Shown piece by piece: positions 20,593 through 30,091 of a stretch of DNA of 64,000 bases; positions within the stretch are counted from its first letter, which is position 1, and every line of letters starts with the position of its first letter. Under the pieces are notes generated by a model, which made no database searches, was not told the origin of the DNA, and was given only the letters and a program-made list of their open reading frames with translations. This DNA is from an uncultured Pseudomonadota bacterium (GTDB taxonomy: Bacteria > Pseudomonadota > Gammaproteobacteria > Ga0077536): assembly GCA_903825645.1 (NCBI GenBank), contig CAIKBL010000042.1, positions 117,289-181,288 on the forward strand. Reading direction: 5' to 3'. The translations under genes and the position numbers were made by a program.

Positions 20593-22140
20593 TTACGGCG
20601 CGGCGAGTTCAAACGTGTGTCGGCCCGCTACGCAGCGAATATCGATGGAGCGCCCGATAACCGTCTCTTCGAAAAGACTGGCCAGACTCGCCGGATGCGC
20701 GCGCCCGGCCCAAGCCAGACAGCGCGCGCCATCGGCCTCGAGACGGGCTACCACAAAGCCTTCACTCGGCACCCCTTTGGCGTAGATGGCTGCATAGGTT
20801 TCGATACGGGCACGTCCTTCAGCGTGCTCGTCAATTCGCACGCCACTGTCCGCCTTGGCGCGCGCCTGGGCTGCGGACGAGGACACCGGGGCCCAGCTCA
20901 CGGGTGCGCGCCCGCTATACACGGCCGCGGCATGTTTCGACAGATATCCCCCGTTGGCGACGATGAGACCGTGCGCTTCCCGGTCCGCCCGCAGGCGTTC
21001 CACCAGCGTGGCGATCGCATGCAGGCTGTAGTTGTTGCCGGGTCCGCCAAAGAAGGGCAATCCGCCGGTCAGCGTCAGCGGACGACTGCCGTCGAGCGGC
21101 AGACCGAGCGATGCGGCAACGCTCGATACCGCAATCGGAAAACAGCTATAGATGTCGAGATATTGAATCTCCGCGATATCGCGCCCGGCGGCCTCCAGCG
21201 CTGCATGCACCGCCAGTCGCTGGGCTGGGGAGTCCGCGAGATCTGGCCGTTTCAGCACCGTGCGCTCGTCTACATCCGCATACCCCGAGAGATAGACCCA
21301 GCGTGAGGCCGGGATCCCCAGCTCGCGCGCGACGCCGACCGACGTCAACACCACCGCCGCCCCCTGATTGACCGCATCCTGCGCCACCATCCAGCGCGTA
21401 TAGGGTTCGCAGAGTGCGTAGTTCTGAGCCGACAGCGTCTGCAGAAACTCAGGCGTCTGCGCGTGGGGAAACTGGGCGTACGGATGGGCGGCGGCGACCG
21501 CGCTGAATGGCGCAAAAAGCTGCGCCATATCCGCCCGATAGGCCGCGCTTGACAACCCGCGTTGGGCGCGTCGGACCTGCTCGAACAGGGCATAGACATG
21601 GATGGGCCACGCGATACCCTGTGCCTGCTCGTAGGGCGTCACGAAGGGTACGCCTGGCCAGTGATCTTCAAAGGCCCCTTCGACTTCCTCACGCCAATCG
21701 AGGGCGATCCCCTGCCGGGTCGCCTGTCGGATCGTCGCGATGGCTTCAGCCCCCGTCAGCACCGCGAGTCGGACCTCGCCCGCGTGGACTCGCTCGGCCA
21801 GCCGGTTGATCAGCCGCTGAGGAGATTGTCCCCCGACTTCGGCGTAAATGGCCTCCCGCGGATGCAACCCGGTGCGCTGAGCGACCGACCAGGGGACGTT
21901 ATTCGTGCAGCCGAAAGGGTTCGGCCACATGGAGGCGTCAGCGATCGAGTGTTCGAACAGACGCACCACCGCGAGCACATCCACCTCGGCGCGCGCGGCG
22001 GCACTGAGGCCCGCGTCATCAAGCGCGCGATGGGTCGCGAGCGCCGCGAGTTCAATCGGCGAGCGGAGCTGCGCCGGGCGGCTGAGGTCGCGCTCCACCA
22101 CCTGACCGACGCCGACCAGAATAGGCAACTTGTCTTGCAT
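20593..22140 (-). CDS. thiolase-like protein with C-terminal extension (lipid-transfer/SCP-x-like family)
   Basis: 515 aa. N-terminal region has thiolase-fold character (LVGVGQVVERD...). About 120-aa extra C-terminal domain. Canonical thiolase Cys motifs not confidently identified. Confidence 0.55.
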   Translation of the reverse strand: MQDKLPILVGVGQVVERDLSRPAQLRSPIELAALATHRALDDAGLSAAARAEVDVLAVVRLFEHSIADASMWPNPFGCTNNVPWSVAQRTGLHPREAIYAEVGGQSPQRLINRLAERVHAGEVRLAVLTGAEAIATIRQATRQGIALDWREEVEGAFEDHWPGVPFVTPYEQAQGIAWPIHVYALFEQVRRAQRGLSSAAYRADMAQLFAPFSAVAAAHPYAQFPHAQTPEFLQTLSAQNYALCEPYTRWMVAQDAVNQGAAVVLTSVGVARELGIPASRWVYLSGYADVDERTVLKRPDLADSPAQRLAVHAALEAAGRDIAEIQYLDIYSCFPIAVSSVAASLGLPLDGSRPLTLTGGLPFFGGPGNNYSLHAIATLVERLRADREAHGLIVANGGYLSKHAAAVYSGRAPVSWAPVSSSAAQARAKADSGVRIDEHAEGRARIETYAAIYAKGVPSEGFVVARLEADGARCLAWAGRAHPASLASLFEETVIGRSIDIRCVAGRHTFELAAP

Positions 22141-22167
22141 GGTGAAACGCTCCTCGCGGGTCGTGGA

Positions 22168-23631
22168 TCAGGCCGTCATCGTATATTCGTTGAAATCGGG
22201 CGCCGCCATTTCAGCTTGGAAACGCTCCAGCGTCCACGGCCACAGAATTGGCTGCCCGGATTTGTCCAGGTACCAGCTCCGACAGCCACTGACCCACACG
22301 GTGTCCTTCATTGCCGCACGCAGATCTGCGTTGAAGGCGGCGCAGGCCTCCGCGCGCGGCGCCACGGCCCGACAATGCCCCGCGCGTAGCGGGGCCAACA
22401 GCTGGAGCAGATAGGCCACCTGCATCTCGGCCACCATGATGAGCGAGAAGTTGCCAATGGGGCTGTTCGGACCAATCAACATGAAAAAATTCGGGAAGCC
22501 CGGCACCGAGAGGCTGCGATGGGTGGTCAGCCCCGTGGCCCAGGTCTGTTCGAGTCGGTGACCGTCGGCACCGATGATGTCGATTGAACGCACGAAGCGG
22601 TGGGCATCAAAACCGGTGGCGTAGACGAGCACATCGAGCTCGCGCAAGGTGCCATCGCTGAGCCGGATCCCGCGCGGTTCAATGCGCGTAATCGGCGTGG
22701 TCTCAACCGCCGCGTGCGGACGCTGGATAGCCGCATAAAAGGTTTCGGACATGATGAGCCGCTTGCAGGCCACCTGGTAATCCGGCGTCAGCTTGGCCCG
22801 CAAGTCCGGATCGGGCACGTGCTGCATCAGGTTGTCGCGACAGGCCTGAGCAATTTTCGCAAGCTGCTCTTGATCGCCAATCACCGCCCGCGCGAGGGTG
22901 GTCCTGATGCGATCGAGCCACTGCTGATAGGCCTGCTGGAGGGTCTCGGGATGTGCCCGGAAATGTATTTTCTGGGCTTCGGTAAACACCGGGTTGGGCA
23001 GCGGCAAGACCCATTGGGGGGTTCGCTGGAACAGCGTCAGGGCCGCGACTTCATCGACGATCGCGGGCACCAGCTGAATCGCGGTCGAGCCAGTGCCGAC
23101 GATCCCGACACGTTTGCCGGCCAGGCTCACCCCGGTCTGCCAGCGGGCGGTGTGAAAGGCCGGTCCCGCGAAATCGCTGCGTCCCGGGATGTCGGGCAGG
23201 ATCGGGTGGTGCAAAACGCCGGTGGCCGCAATCACCACGTCGGCCTCGGCCTGTGTACCATCCGTGAACGTCAGCTGCCAGACTTCGCCCTGACGCGCCG
23301 CCGCGCATAACGTCTTGCCGAAGCGAATGTGATCGGTGATCGCATGTTTATGCGCCACCGCGTCCAGATAACGGAGGATTTCGCTGCCCGGCGAAAACAA
23401 ACGGCTCCACTCCGGATTGAGTTCGAAGGAATAACAGTAGTGCTGTGAGGGCACATCGCAGGTCAACCCCGGGTAGACGTTATCCCGCCAGGTGCCCCCT
23501 AAGCGATCGGCCTTCTCGTAGACCGTCACCGCGGTATAGCCGGCTTCCCGAAATTTGAGGGCCGCAAGAATGCCGGACATGCCGGCGCCGATGATGGCTA
23601 CCCGTAAGGGAGTCGTGTTCGCGGAAATCAT
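22168..23631 (-). CDS. Baeyer-Villiger (flavin-containing) monooxygenase
   Basis: FAD GxGxxG (AIIGAGMSG), BVMO fingerprint FAGPAFHTARW, second Rossmann (VGIVGTGSTA). Start at MISANTTP within ORF 22168..23751. Confidence 0.85.
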   Translation of the reverse strand: MISANTTPLRVAIIGAGMSGILAALKFREAGYTAVTVYEKADRLGGTWRDNVYPGLTCDVPSQHYCYSFELNPEWSRLFSPGSEILRYLDAVAHKHAITDHIRFGKTLCAAARQGEVWQLTFTDGTQAEADVVIAATGVLHHPILPDIPGRSDFAGPAFHTARWQTGVSLAGKRVGIVGTGSTAIQLVPAIVDEVAALTLFQRTPQWVLPLPNPVFTEAQKIHFRAHPETLQQAYQQWLDRIRTTLARAVIGDQEQLAKIAQACRDNLMQHVPDPDLRAKLTPDYQVACKRLIMSETFYAAIQRPHAAVETTPITRIEPRGIRLSDGTLRELDVLVYATGFDAHRFVRSIDIIGADGHRLEQTWATGLTTHRSLSVPGFPNFFMLIGPNSPIGNFSLIMVAEMQVAYLLQLLAPLRAGHCRAVAPRAEACAAFNADLRAAMKDTVWVSGCRSWYLDKSGQPILWPWTLERFQAEMAAPDFNEYTMTA

Positions 23632-23837
23632 ACGGCATCCAATCCCGGGTGCGAGGCATACGCTTTGCCGGGAAGTTCGAGCACCGCGCCCGGCGCATCG
23701 CCGTCGGTTCCGACCGCGCGGTTCTCTGCGTACAACGCCGGTTCCGCGCAATTTTTATAAATAAAACAGGGCCTACGCGGGGCGCTATCGATTTCCATGC
23801 ATGGTCTCCGTTCCCCAGTCTGGCGTGGGGGGTCAAT

Positions 23838-24323
23838 TCAATTCCGGGTCAAGGCCTGCAAATTGGCCTTGATAAGGCCGAGGATCCGCAGACCTGCCCG
23901 GACGTCGGCCGGTTCAAGCCCAGCCAGAATGCGCGCATTGAGCCCGAGGGCGACCCCCCGCAGCGTGACGACGGCGTGTCGGCCCGCCGGAGTCAGAAAC
24001 ACCGCCCAAATGCGCCGATCCGCGGCGCTGCCGCGTTTTTCCACCAAACCGGCACTACTCAGTCGCTCCACACATTCACCCACGGCGACCTTGCCGAGCT
24101 CGAGCTGCTGCGCCAGTGCTGATTGAGACAAGCCGTCCCGCTGCGAAAGATGACGTAAGACCGACGCCTGCGCCGTGGTGAACCCGACAGGCCGGAGGGC
24201 GTCGTCGAACACCTGTCGACGCAAGCGTGCCGCATCATTAATCGCGAAGCCGAGTTTGAGCGCCTGCTGCTCGTCGAGCGACTCCGCCGTGGCGGGCTGG
24301 CAAGGGGGGGAGGGAAGCGGCAT
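23838..24323 (-). CDS. MarR-family transcriptional regulator
   Basis: 161 aa. Winged-HTH region TTAQASVLRHLSQRDGLSQSALAQQLELGKVAVGECVERL. Confidence 0.8.
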   Translation of the reverse strand: MPLPSPPCQPATAESLDEQQALKLGFAINDAARLRRQVFDDALRPVGFTTAQASVLRHLSQRDGLSQSALAQQLELGKVAVGECVERLSSAGLVEKRGSAADRRIWAVFLTPAGRHAVVTLRGVALGLNARILAGLEPADVRAGLRILGLIKANLQALTRN

Positions 24324-24324
24324 G

Positions 24325-24360
24325 CTTCAATTATAGTGCGGTACCGTACTACAATTGAAG
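24325..24360. promoter_or_regulatory. 36-bp near-perfect palindrome abutting the marR start codon (putative MarR operator)
   Basis: CTTCAATTATAGTGCGGTACCGTACTACAATTGAAG has 32/36 positions self-complementary with a central CGGTACCG core. It sits between the divergent marR and MDR-reductase genes. Confidence 0.5.
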
Positions 24361-24447
24361 CCGCAAACGGGCCGAATACGGCGCCGTTCCCCTATCCCCG
24401 GGCGGGTCCGGCGCGACGTGCCCGCCGCCAAGCCTCAGGAGCTACCC

Positions 24448-25461
24448 ATGTCCGAACCCCTCAATCGTCAGGTCGTGCTGGCGGCCCGTCCCAACGGGAT
24501 CCCGCAGGCCCATGATTTCGAGATCGTCACGCGCCCCATGCCCATGCCAGGCGACGGTGAAGTCCGGGTGCGCAACCTGTTTCTCTCCGTCGAGCCGGCG
24601 ATGCGGGGCTGGGTGTCGAGTGTCGGAAACTATTCCGAGCCGGTCGCGATAGGGGCGGTCATGCGCGCGCTCACCGTCGGACAGATCGAGGCGTCGAACC
24701 TCCCCGGGATGGCCGTTGGCGAGTACGTCACCGGCATGTTCGGCTGGCAGGAATACGCGCTCGCCAATGCCCAGACCATCGATCGCCGGGTCCCGCCGCC
24801 CGGACTGCCGATTGCCACCGCGCTGGGGATCCTCGGGATCAACGGCAATGCCGCCTATTTTGGTCTCCTCGACATCGGCCAGCCCAAGGCCGGCGAGACC
24901 GTGGTGGTCTCCACGGCTGCCGGCGCCGTCGGCGCCTGTGTCGGGCAAATCGCGAACCTCCAGGGTTGCCGTACCGTCGGCATTGCGGGCGGCGCAGTCA
25001 AAACGCGACTCTGTACCGAAATCTTCGGCTATGCCGCAGCCATCGATTACAAGACAGCCGATCTCGATACCGCCCTGCGTGCGGCCTGTCCGTCCGGGAT
25101 CGACGTCTATTTCGACAATACCGCCGGCCCCATCACCGACGCGGTACTGCGACACCTCAACCCGCGGGCACGCGTCGTCATTTGTGGGACCGCCGCGGTG
25201 GCGAGTTGGGATCCGCCGCCCCTAGGGCCGCGGATCGAACGTCATTTTTTAGTCAAACGGGCGCGCATGGAGGGCTTCGTCGTGTTCGATTACAAGACGC
25301 GCTACCCCGAAGCCTTGGCCGCCTTAACGCAGTGGGTCAGCGCCGGACAGATCCGCTACCGCGAAGACATCCTGCACGGCCTGGAAGCAGCGCCGGATGC
25401 CATTGCGGGACTCTATCGGGGCGAGAATCTAGGCAAACGACTCATTCAACTCGGCGCATGA
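24448..25461 (+). CDS. NADP-dependent oxidoreductase, MDR superfamily (alkenal/one reductase-like)
   Basis: 338 aa. GroES-like N-terminal domain plus Rossmann (AAGAVGACVGQIA). AGGAG RBS. Paralogue at 36172. Confidence 0.85.
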   Translation: MSEPLNRQVVLAARPNGIPQAHDFEIVTRPMPMPGDGEVRVRNLFLSVEPAMRGWVSSVGNYSEPVAIGAVMRALTVGQIEASNLPGMAVGEYVTGMFGWQEYALANAQTIDRRVPPPGLPIATALGILGINGNAAYFGLLDIGQPKAGETVVVSTAAGAVGACVGQIANLQGCRTVGIAGGAVKTRLCTEIFGYAAAIDYKTADLDTALRAACPSGIDVYFDNTAGPITDAVLRHLNPRARVVICGTAAVASWDPPPLGPRIERHFLVKRARMEGFVVFDYKTRYPEALAALTQWVSAGQIRYREDILHGLEAAPDAIAGLYRGENLGKRLIQLGA

Positions 25462-25536
25462 GCAGACTCGCCAGACCGGTCAGCGCGCGCCCATAATGCC
25501 CGACATACCCCGTTACTCCAGTTAGAGGAAGACTCC

Positions 25537-26412
25537 ATGCAAATCGGTTTTCTGCACATCGCGACCACCCAGGCCGGCGATCTCCCCACCCTCGCACGGC
25601 GCGCGGAGGCGATCGGCTTTGACTCGATGTGGATCCCGGAACATCCCGTCATCCCGGTGGAACGCACGACGCCTTACCTGTTGGGTGGAGAGCTGCCTGA
25701 GCATTACGGCCGTTGGACCGATCCGTTCATCTCGCTGACGATGGCCGCCGCGGTGACCACCAAACTCAAACTTGCGACCGGCATCTGCTTGTTACCTGAG
25801 CGGGAAACGCTGGTGACCGCGAAAACGATCGCGACCCTCGATTACTATTCGCGTGGCCGGGTGGTGCTGGGGATCGGCGCCGGCTGGCTCCGGGAAGAAA
25901 CGGAAGTCATGGGGGCCTCGTTCACCACCCGCTGGCGCCGGATGCGCGAGATGACCGAAGCCATGCGCCGCTTATGGACCGAAGACAAGCCCAGTTTCAA
26001 CGGAACCGAAATCAAGTTCCCGGCGGTCCGCAGCGAACCCAAACCCGTGCAGGCCGGCGGCCCACCGTTCCTCCTCGGCGGTCACGGCGAGAAGGCCTTG
26101 ACCCGGATCGCGCGAACCTACGACGGCTGGTGTCCCATCGTAGCGGGCCCGGATGAGTTCGCGGCAGAAGCCGCGCAACTGCGCGAGATGATGCGCGCCA
26201 ACGGTCGCGATCCGGCCAAGCTCATCCTGAGCCCGTTTGTCGATCCGGAGGACGGCAAATTATCCGAGGCAACCCTCAAAGCGTATCGCGCCGCCGGCGC
26301 GCACCGCATTGTCCTTTTCTCAATACAAATGTCGGAAGAAATCGCGAACGGTGCGGCGGGTGACTGGCTGGAGAAAACCGCCAACATCGTGAGCCGTAAC
26401 GCCGCCCTGTAA
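25537..26412 (+). CDS. LLM-class F420/flavin-dependent oxidoreductase
   Basis: 291 aa luciferase-like TIM barrel (GFDSMWIPEHP). RBS GAGGAAG. Confidence 0.75.
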   Translation: MQIGFLHIATTQAGDLPTLARRAEAIGFDSMWIPEHPVIPVERTTPYLLGGELPEHYGRWTDPFISLTMAAAVTTKLKLATGICLLPERETLVTAKTIATLDYYSRGRVVLGIGAGWLREETEVMGASFTTRWRRMREMTEAMRRLWTEDKPSFNGTEIKFPAVRSEPKPVQAGGPPFLLGGHGEKALTRIARTYDGWCPIVAGPDEFAAEAAQLREMMRANGRDPAKLILSPFVDPEDGKLSEATLKAYRAAGAHRIVLFSIQMSEEIANGAAGDWLEKTANIVSRNAAL

Positions 26413-26500
26413 GCTGCGCGGCAACGTCCGTCCCCTGACCGACTGGCCGGGGACGGATCGCGCGATCAACCCTGCGTCCCCACCACCGAGAGAGGACCGT

Positions 26501-26863
26501 ATGACCTGGGCCACCACTTTTGCCACTCGCTGGCAGGACTTCTACAACCATGCCGTCGAACGCCTCGTCAACGAGTGTTACGCCACAGACTGCGCCATCC
26601 ATGCCATGGGCGCAGGAGTGTTCCACGGCCGCGCCGCGCTGCTCAAAATAGAGCGGGCCGTCTTACGTGCCGCCCCGACACGTTTCCTGAAGCTGGACAC
26701 GGTGCGCGGCGATGACACGTGCATCATCATCGAGGCGACCCTGCAGGAAACACCCGAAGTCGGCGCCTGGCAAATCCCCTTCTGCGCCGTCCTCACGCTG
26801 GAGAATGGATTGGTGGTGCGAGATCACACCTACGCGGACTGGTCAAAGTGGCCAGGTCTCTAA
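26501..26863 (+). CDS. SnoaL/NTF2-like small protein
   Basis: 120 aa with the size and hydrophobic pattern of an NTF2-like cone fold. No stronger signature. Confidence 0.45.
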   Translation: MTWATTFATRWQDFYNHAVERLVNECYATDCAIHAMGAGVFHGRAALLKIERAVLRAAPTRFLKLDTVRGDDTCIIIEATLQETPEVGAWQIPFCAVLTLENGLVVRDHTYADWSKWPGL

Positions 26864-26915
26864 CCCCCGATCGCCCTAGCGCGCACGGCTTCTTTACCGC
26901 GCCCGCGGATCCCGC

Positions 26916-28493
26916 TCAGAACGGGTGGTATTGGTAAAGCCAGGTTTCGGACAGCACCGTCGCGCCCTGTTTCAGAAACAACCGCATCTCGACGGGTTCG
27001 GATCCCGCGACCGTCAGGTCAAACTGAATCCGCCAGTGACCGGGCACATCGTCCGGGATGGCTTCGGTCAGGATATAAGAGAACGTTCCACGCGACGCCC
27101 ATAAAACCGGCGACGGCCGCGTGCCGTAGGCCAGTCCCGCGAGCGGCGCGCCCAGAAACTCCACCATGAATTTTCGCACGCCGTGCGGACGCGCCCGGCC
27201 GGGCTGACCGCCGTTGCCGAGCCGCGTCGCGACGCAACGCGCCAGTGGCGTGGGATAAGGCTCATCGGCCAGCCAGTGGAGCCGATAGGCGTATTCGAAA
27301 GTGGCGCCCGGCACCGCCGACTTCTCGGGCACCCAAGTGGCCACGACGTTGTCGTGGATCTCGTCATCCGTCGGGATCTCGATGAGATGGATAGCACCCT
27401 TGCCCCAATCACCCTTAGGCTCGACCCACACACTCGGGCGCCGATCATAGAGAACGCCGTCGAGGTAATGGTCGAAATTGCGATCCCGCTGCAAGAGTCC
27501 GAACCCGCGCGGGTGCTGATCCCCAAACGTCGAGACGGTCACGGTGTCTGGATTATTGATCGGCCGCCACAGATGTTCGCCCTCCCCGGTCCAGACGCTC
27601 AAGCCGTCGGAGTCGTGGACCTCGGGCCGCCAGTCGACAGCCGTTCGCTTCACCGTCTCGGAAAACCAGTACATGGAGGTCAGCGGCGCGATGCCGAAAC
27701 GGCTGATTTTTTCTCGCAGGTAAAGGGCACAGTCGATGTCCATCACCACCCCCTTGGCGCGGGTCATGAGGAATCGGTAGGCGCCGACAATAGACGGGCC
27801 TTCCAGCAGCGCGTGCAAGATCACCCCGTCAGCGGTTTCCGGACCGAGATAGAAATGGGTGAAGTCCGGGAACTCTTCGTTCACGCCCGCCTGCCAGGTG
27901 TCTAGCGCCACCCCGCGAGCGGACAATCCATACTGTCGCAGCTCACCAATGGCCCGAAAATAGGACGCCCCAAGGAACGCGACCCAATCATTCTTTTTCC
28001 AGTCGAGCGCGCCGTCCTTGGACTCCTGGATGCGGAAGCCGGCAAAGCCGGCACCCTGCGGTAACTGATGGGCGACGGAATCCGCGGGCATGTTGAAGTA
28101 GCGCGCGTCATAGAGCACTTCGGCCGATTCCCCGTCCGCGACGACGTGCAGATGCACAGCCTTCTGGAAGAACCGTCCGAGATGGAAGAATTCAATCGGG
28201 AAACGTCCTGCCGTCTCGGCAAATAGCGCGTAATCGGTGTTACTGGTGATCTGGCCCCATTTCTCGTAGTCGATTTGCTCGGTGATCTCCGGCGCCGGAA
28301 GAACGGGCTTGCGGTAAGGCAGGTTGACGAGCCGTTGCGCTTCCCGCTTCAAGATCTCATAGGAAAAAGCGCGCGAGGTCCCGAGTTTGAGTTGGGCGCT
28401 GCTCGCCGCTGCGCCGGCAGGTCCGGCACCGAGCGCCGCGAACGCTGCGGCCATCAGCTTGAGGAAAGTGCGGCGAGCGTGTGGCTCGTTCAT
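26916..28493 (-). CDS. opgD: periplasmic glucan biosynthesis protein OpgD/OpgG family (Tat-exported)
   Basis: 525 aa. Twin-arginine signal RRTFLKLMAAAFA. MdoG/OpgG-like body. Confidence 0.8.
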   Translation of the reverse strand: MNEPHARRTFLKLMAAAFAALGAGPAGAAASSAQLKLGTSRAFSYEILKREAQRLVNLPYRKPVLPAPEITEQIDYEKWGQITSNTDYALFAETAGRFPIEFFHLGRFFQKAVHLHVVADGESAEVLYDARYFNMPADSVAHQLPQGAGFAGFRIQESKDGALDWKKNDWVAFLGASYFRAIGELRQYGLSARGVALDTWQAGVNEEFPDFTHFYLGPETADGVILHALLEGPSIVGAYRFLMTRAKGVVMDIDCALYLREKISRFGIAPLTSMYWFSETVKRTAVDWRPEVHDSDGLSVWTGEGEHLWRPINNPDTVTVSTFGDQHPRGFGLLQRDRNFDHYLDGVLYDRRPSVWVEPKGDWGKGAIHLIEIPTDDEIHDNVVATWVPEKSAVPGATFEYAYRLHWLADEPYPTPLARCVATRLGNGGQPGRARPHGVRKFMVEFLGAPLAGLAYGTRPSPVLWASRGTFSYILTEAIPDDVPGHWRIQFDLTVAGSEPVEMRLFLKQGATVLSETWLYQYHPF

Positions 28494-28746
28494 CTTGAAG
28501 TCTCCGGAAATGCCATCGAAAGGACCGTCACTGCCACCCCAAGGATACGTCGTCTTCCCGACGAGTGGGAGGTGTTTCTCGGAAAGATCTGGCCGGGCTC
28601 ACCGCGGTGCCGCGAAAAGAACCCGACCTGCGAAGGCACCCCGGATGCACGTGGTCGCGCCGAGGATGACACCGCGCTGTCTGCAACGCCGGGTGTCCTG
28701 CGAAAGCGCGCGGGTTCCCTTGAAACAGACGGCGCGCGTTCGCCGA

Positions 28747-29913
28747 TTAATAGCTTTTCGGTAACTCGAGTACCTTCTCAGCAATGAAACACTTGATGAG
28801 CTGCTCGGTCACCGGTGCGATGCGCATGATGGTGACTTCGCGGAGCAGCCGCTCGACGTGATATTCCTTCGCATAGCCAAAACCGCCATGGGTCAGGACC
28901 GCTTGCAGACACGCCTCATGACCGGCTTTCGCACCCAGGTATTTGGCGGCGTTGGCCTCTGCACCACAAGGGCGCTCATTGTCGTACAACCAGGCCGCCT
29001 TCATGACCATGGTGTAGGCCGCCTCGAGATCCATCCAGTTCTCGGCCAACGGGTGTTGAATGCCCTGATTCATGCCGATCGGGCGGCCGAAAACGACGCG
29101 CTCGCGCGCATAGCGCGTCGCGCGACGAAGCGCGTCCTGCCCAATGCCGATGGCTTCTACCGCGACGAGGATGCGCTCGGGATTCAGGCTGTGCAGGATG
29201 TAAGAAAAACCTTTGCCCTCTTCGCCGATACGATCGCTTTCAGGGATGAACAAGTTGTCGATGAAAACCGTGTTCGAATCGACTGCCTTGCGGCCCATCT
29301 TCGGAATGCGTTTCACGTCGATTTTGGTGCGATCGAGATCGGTATAGAAAATCGTGATCCCGTCGGTCGGGCGCTTGCAATCCTCCAGACGGGTAGTCCG
29401 GGTCAGCAGCATGATTTTGTTGGCCACCTGCGCGGTGGAGGTCCACACTTTCTGGCCATTGACCCGATACCCCCCCTCAACCTTCTGGGCGAAGGTCTTG
29501 ATGTGGGTCGTGTTGAGCCCGGCGTCAGGCTCCGTGAAGCCAAAGCAGCACTGATCGGTGCCGGCAACCAGGCGCGGCAACCAGCACGACTTCTGCGCTT
29601 CCGTGCCGAACAGTACGATCGGATGCGGCCCGAACAGGTTCACGTGGACAGACGACGCGGCCGCCATCCCGCCCCCGTGACTCGCCACCTCGTGCATCAT
29701 GATCGCCGCCTCTGTCACGCCAAGTCCCGAGCCGCCATAAGCTTCCGGCAGGGTGATCCCGAGCCAGCCCGCGTCCGCCATCGCCCGATGGAATTCCCGG
29801 GGGAAAACTCCATCCTCATCACGCTCGAGCCAGTAATCCGGCTCGAAACGTTTGGCCACGGTGGCAACGGCGTCGCGGATCGCGCGATGTTCTGGCGAGA
29901 TATCGAAATTCAT
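28747..29913 (-). CDS. acyl-CoA dehydrogenase
   Basis: 388 aa. ACAD N-, middle- and C-domains (CFGFTEPDAGLNTT, YRVNGQKVWTS). Confidence 0.9.
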   Translation of the reverse strand: MNFDISPEHRAIRDAVATVAKRFEPDYWLERDEDGVFPREFHRAMADAGWLGITLPEAYGGSGLGVTEAAIMMHEVASHGGGMAAASSVHVNLFGPHPIVLFGTEAQKSCWLPRLVAGTDQCCFGFTEPDAGLNTTHIKTFAQKVEGGYRVNGQKVWTSTAQVANKIMLLTRTTRLEDCKRPTDGITIFYTDLDRTKIDVKRIPKMGRKAVDSNTVFIDNLFIPESDRIGEEGKGFSYILHSLNPERILVAVEAIGIGQDALRRATRYARERVVFGRPIGMNQGIQHPLAENWMDLEAAYTMVMKAAWLYDNERPCGAEANAAKYLGAKAGHEACLQAVLTHGGFGYAKEYHVERLLREVTIMRIAPVTEQLIKCFIAEKVLELPKSY

Positions 29914-30060
29914 GGAATGACTCCTTATGGCATCAACGGGCTTGTGTCATCGCCGCATTATGCCTCGCAACGGCAAGATTGCACGTGAGGCGCGCCCCTC
30001 AGCGCTGCCGGGATGAGCCGGGACGCGAGGAACCGTGGCGCGTCGGGTGCCGCGAAGGAC

Positions 30061-30088
30061 GGGGCGCACCGGGCGCCCCGTTTTCGTT
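30061..30088. terminator. GC hairpin GGGGCGC-ACCGG-GCGCCCC followed by GTTTTCGTT
   Basis: Lies immediately beyond the ahcY stop (30092). The T-run is on the plus strand, so it may act bidirectionally or terminate an unannotated plus-strand transcript. Confidence 0.3.
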
Positions 30089-30091
30089 CAC

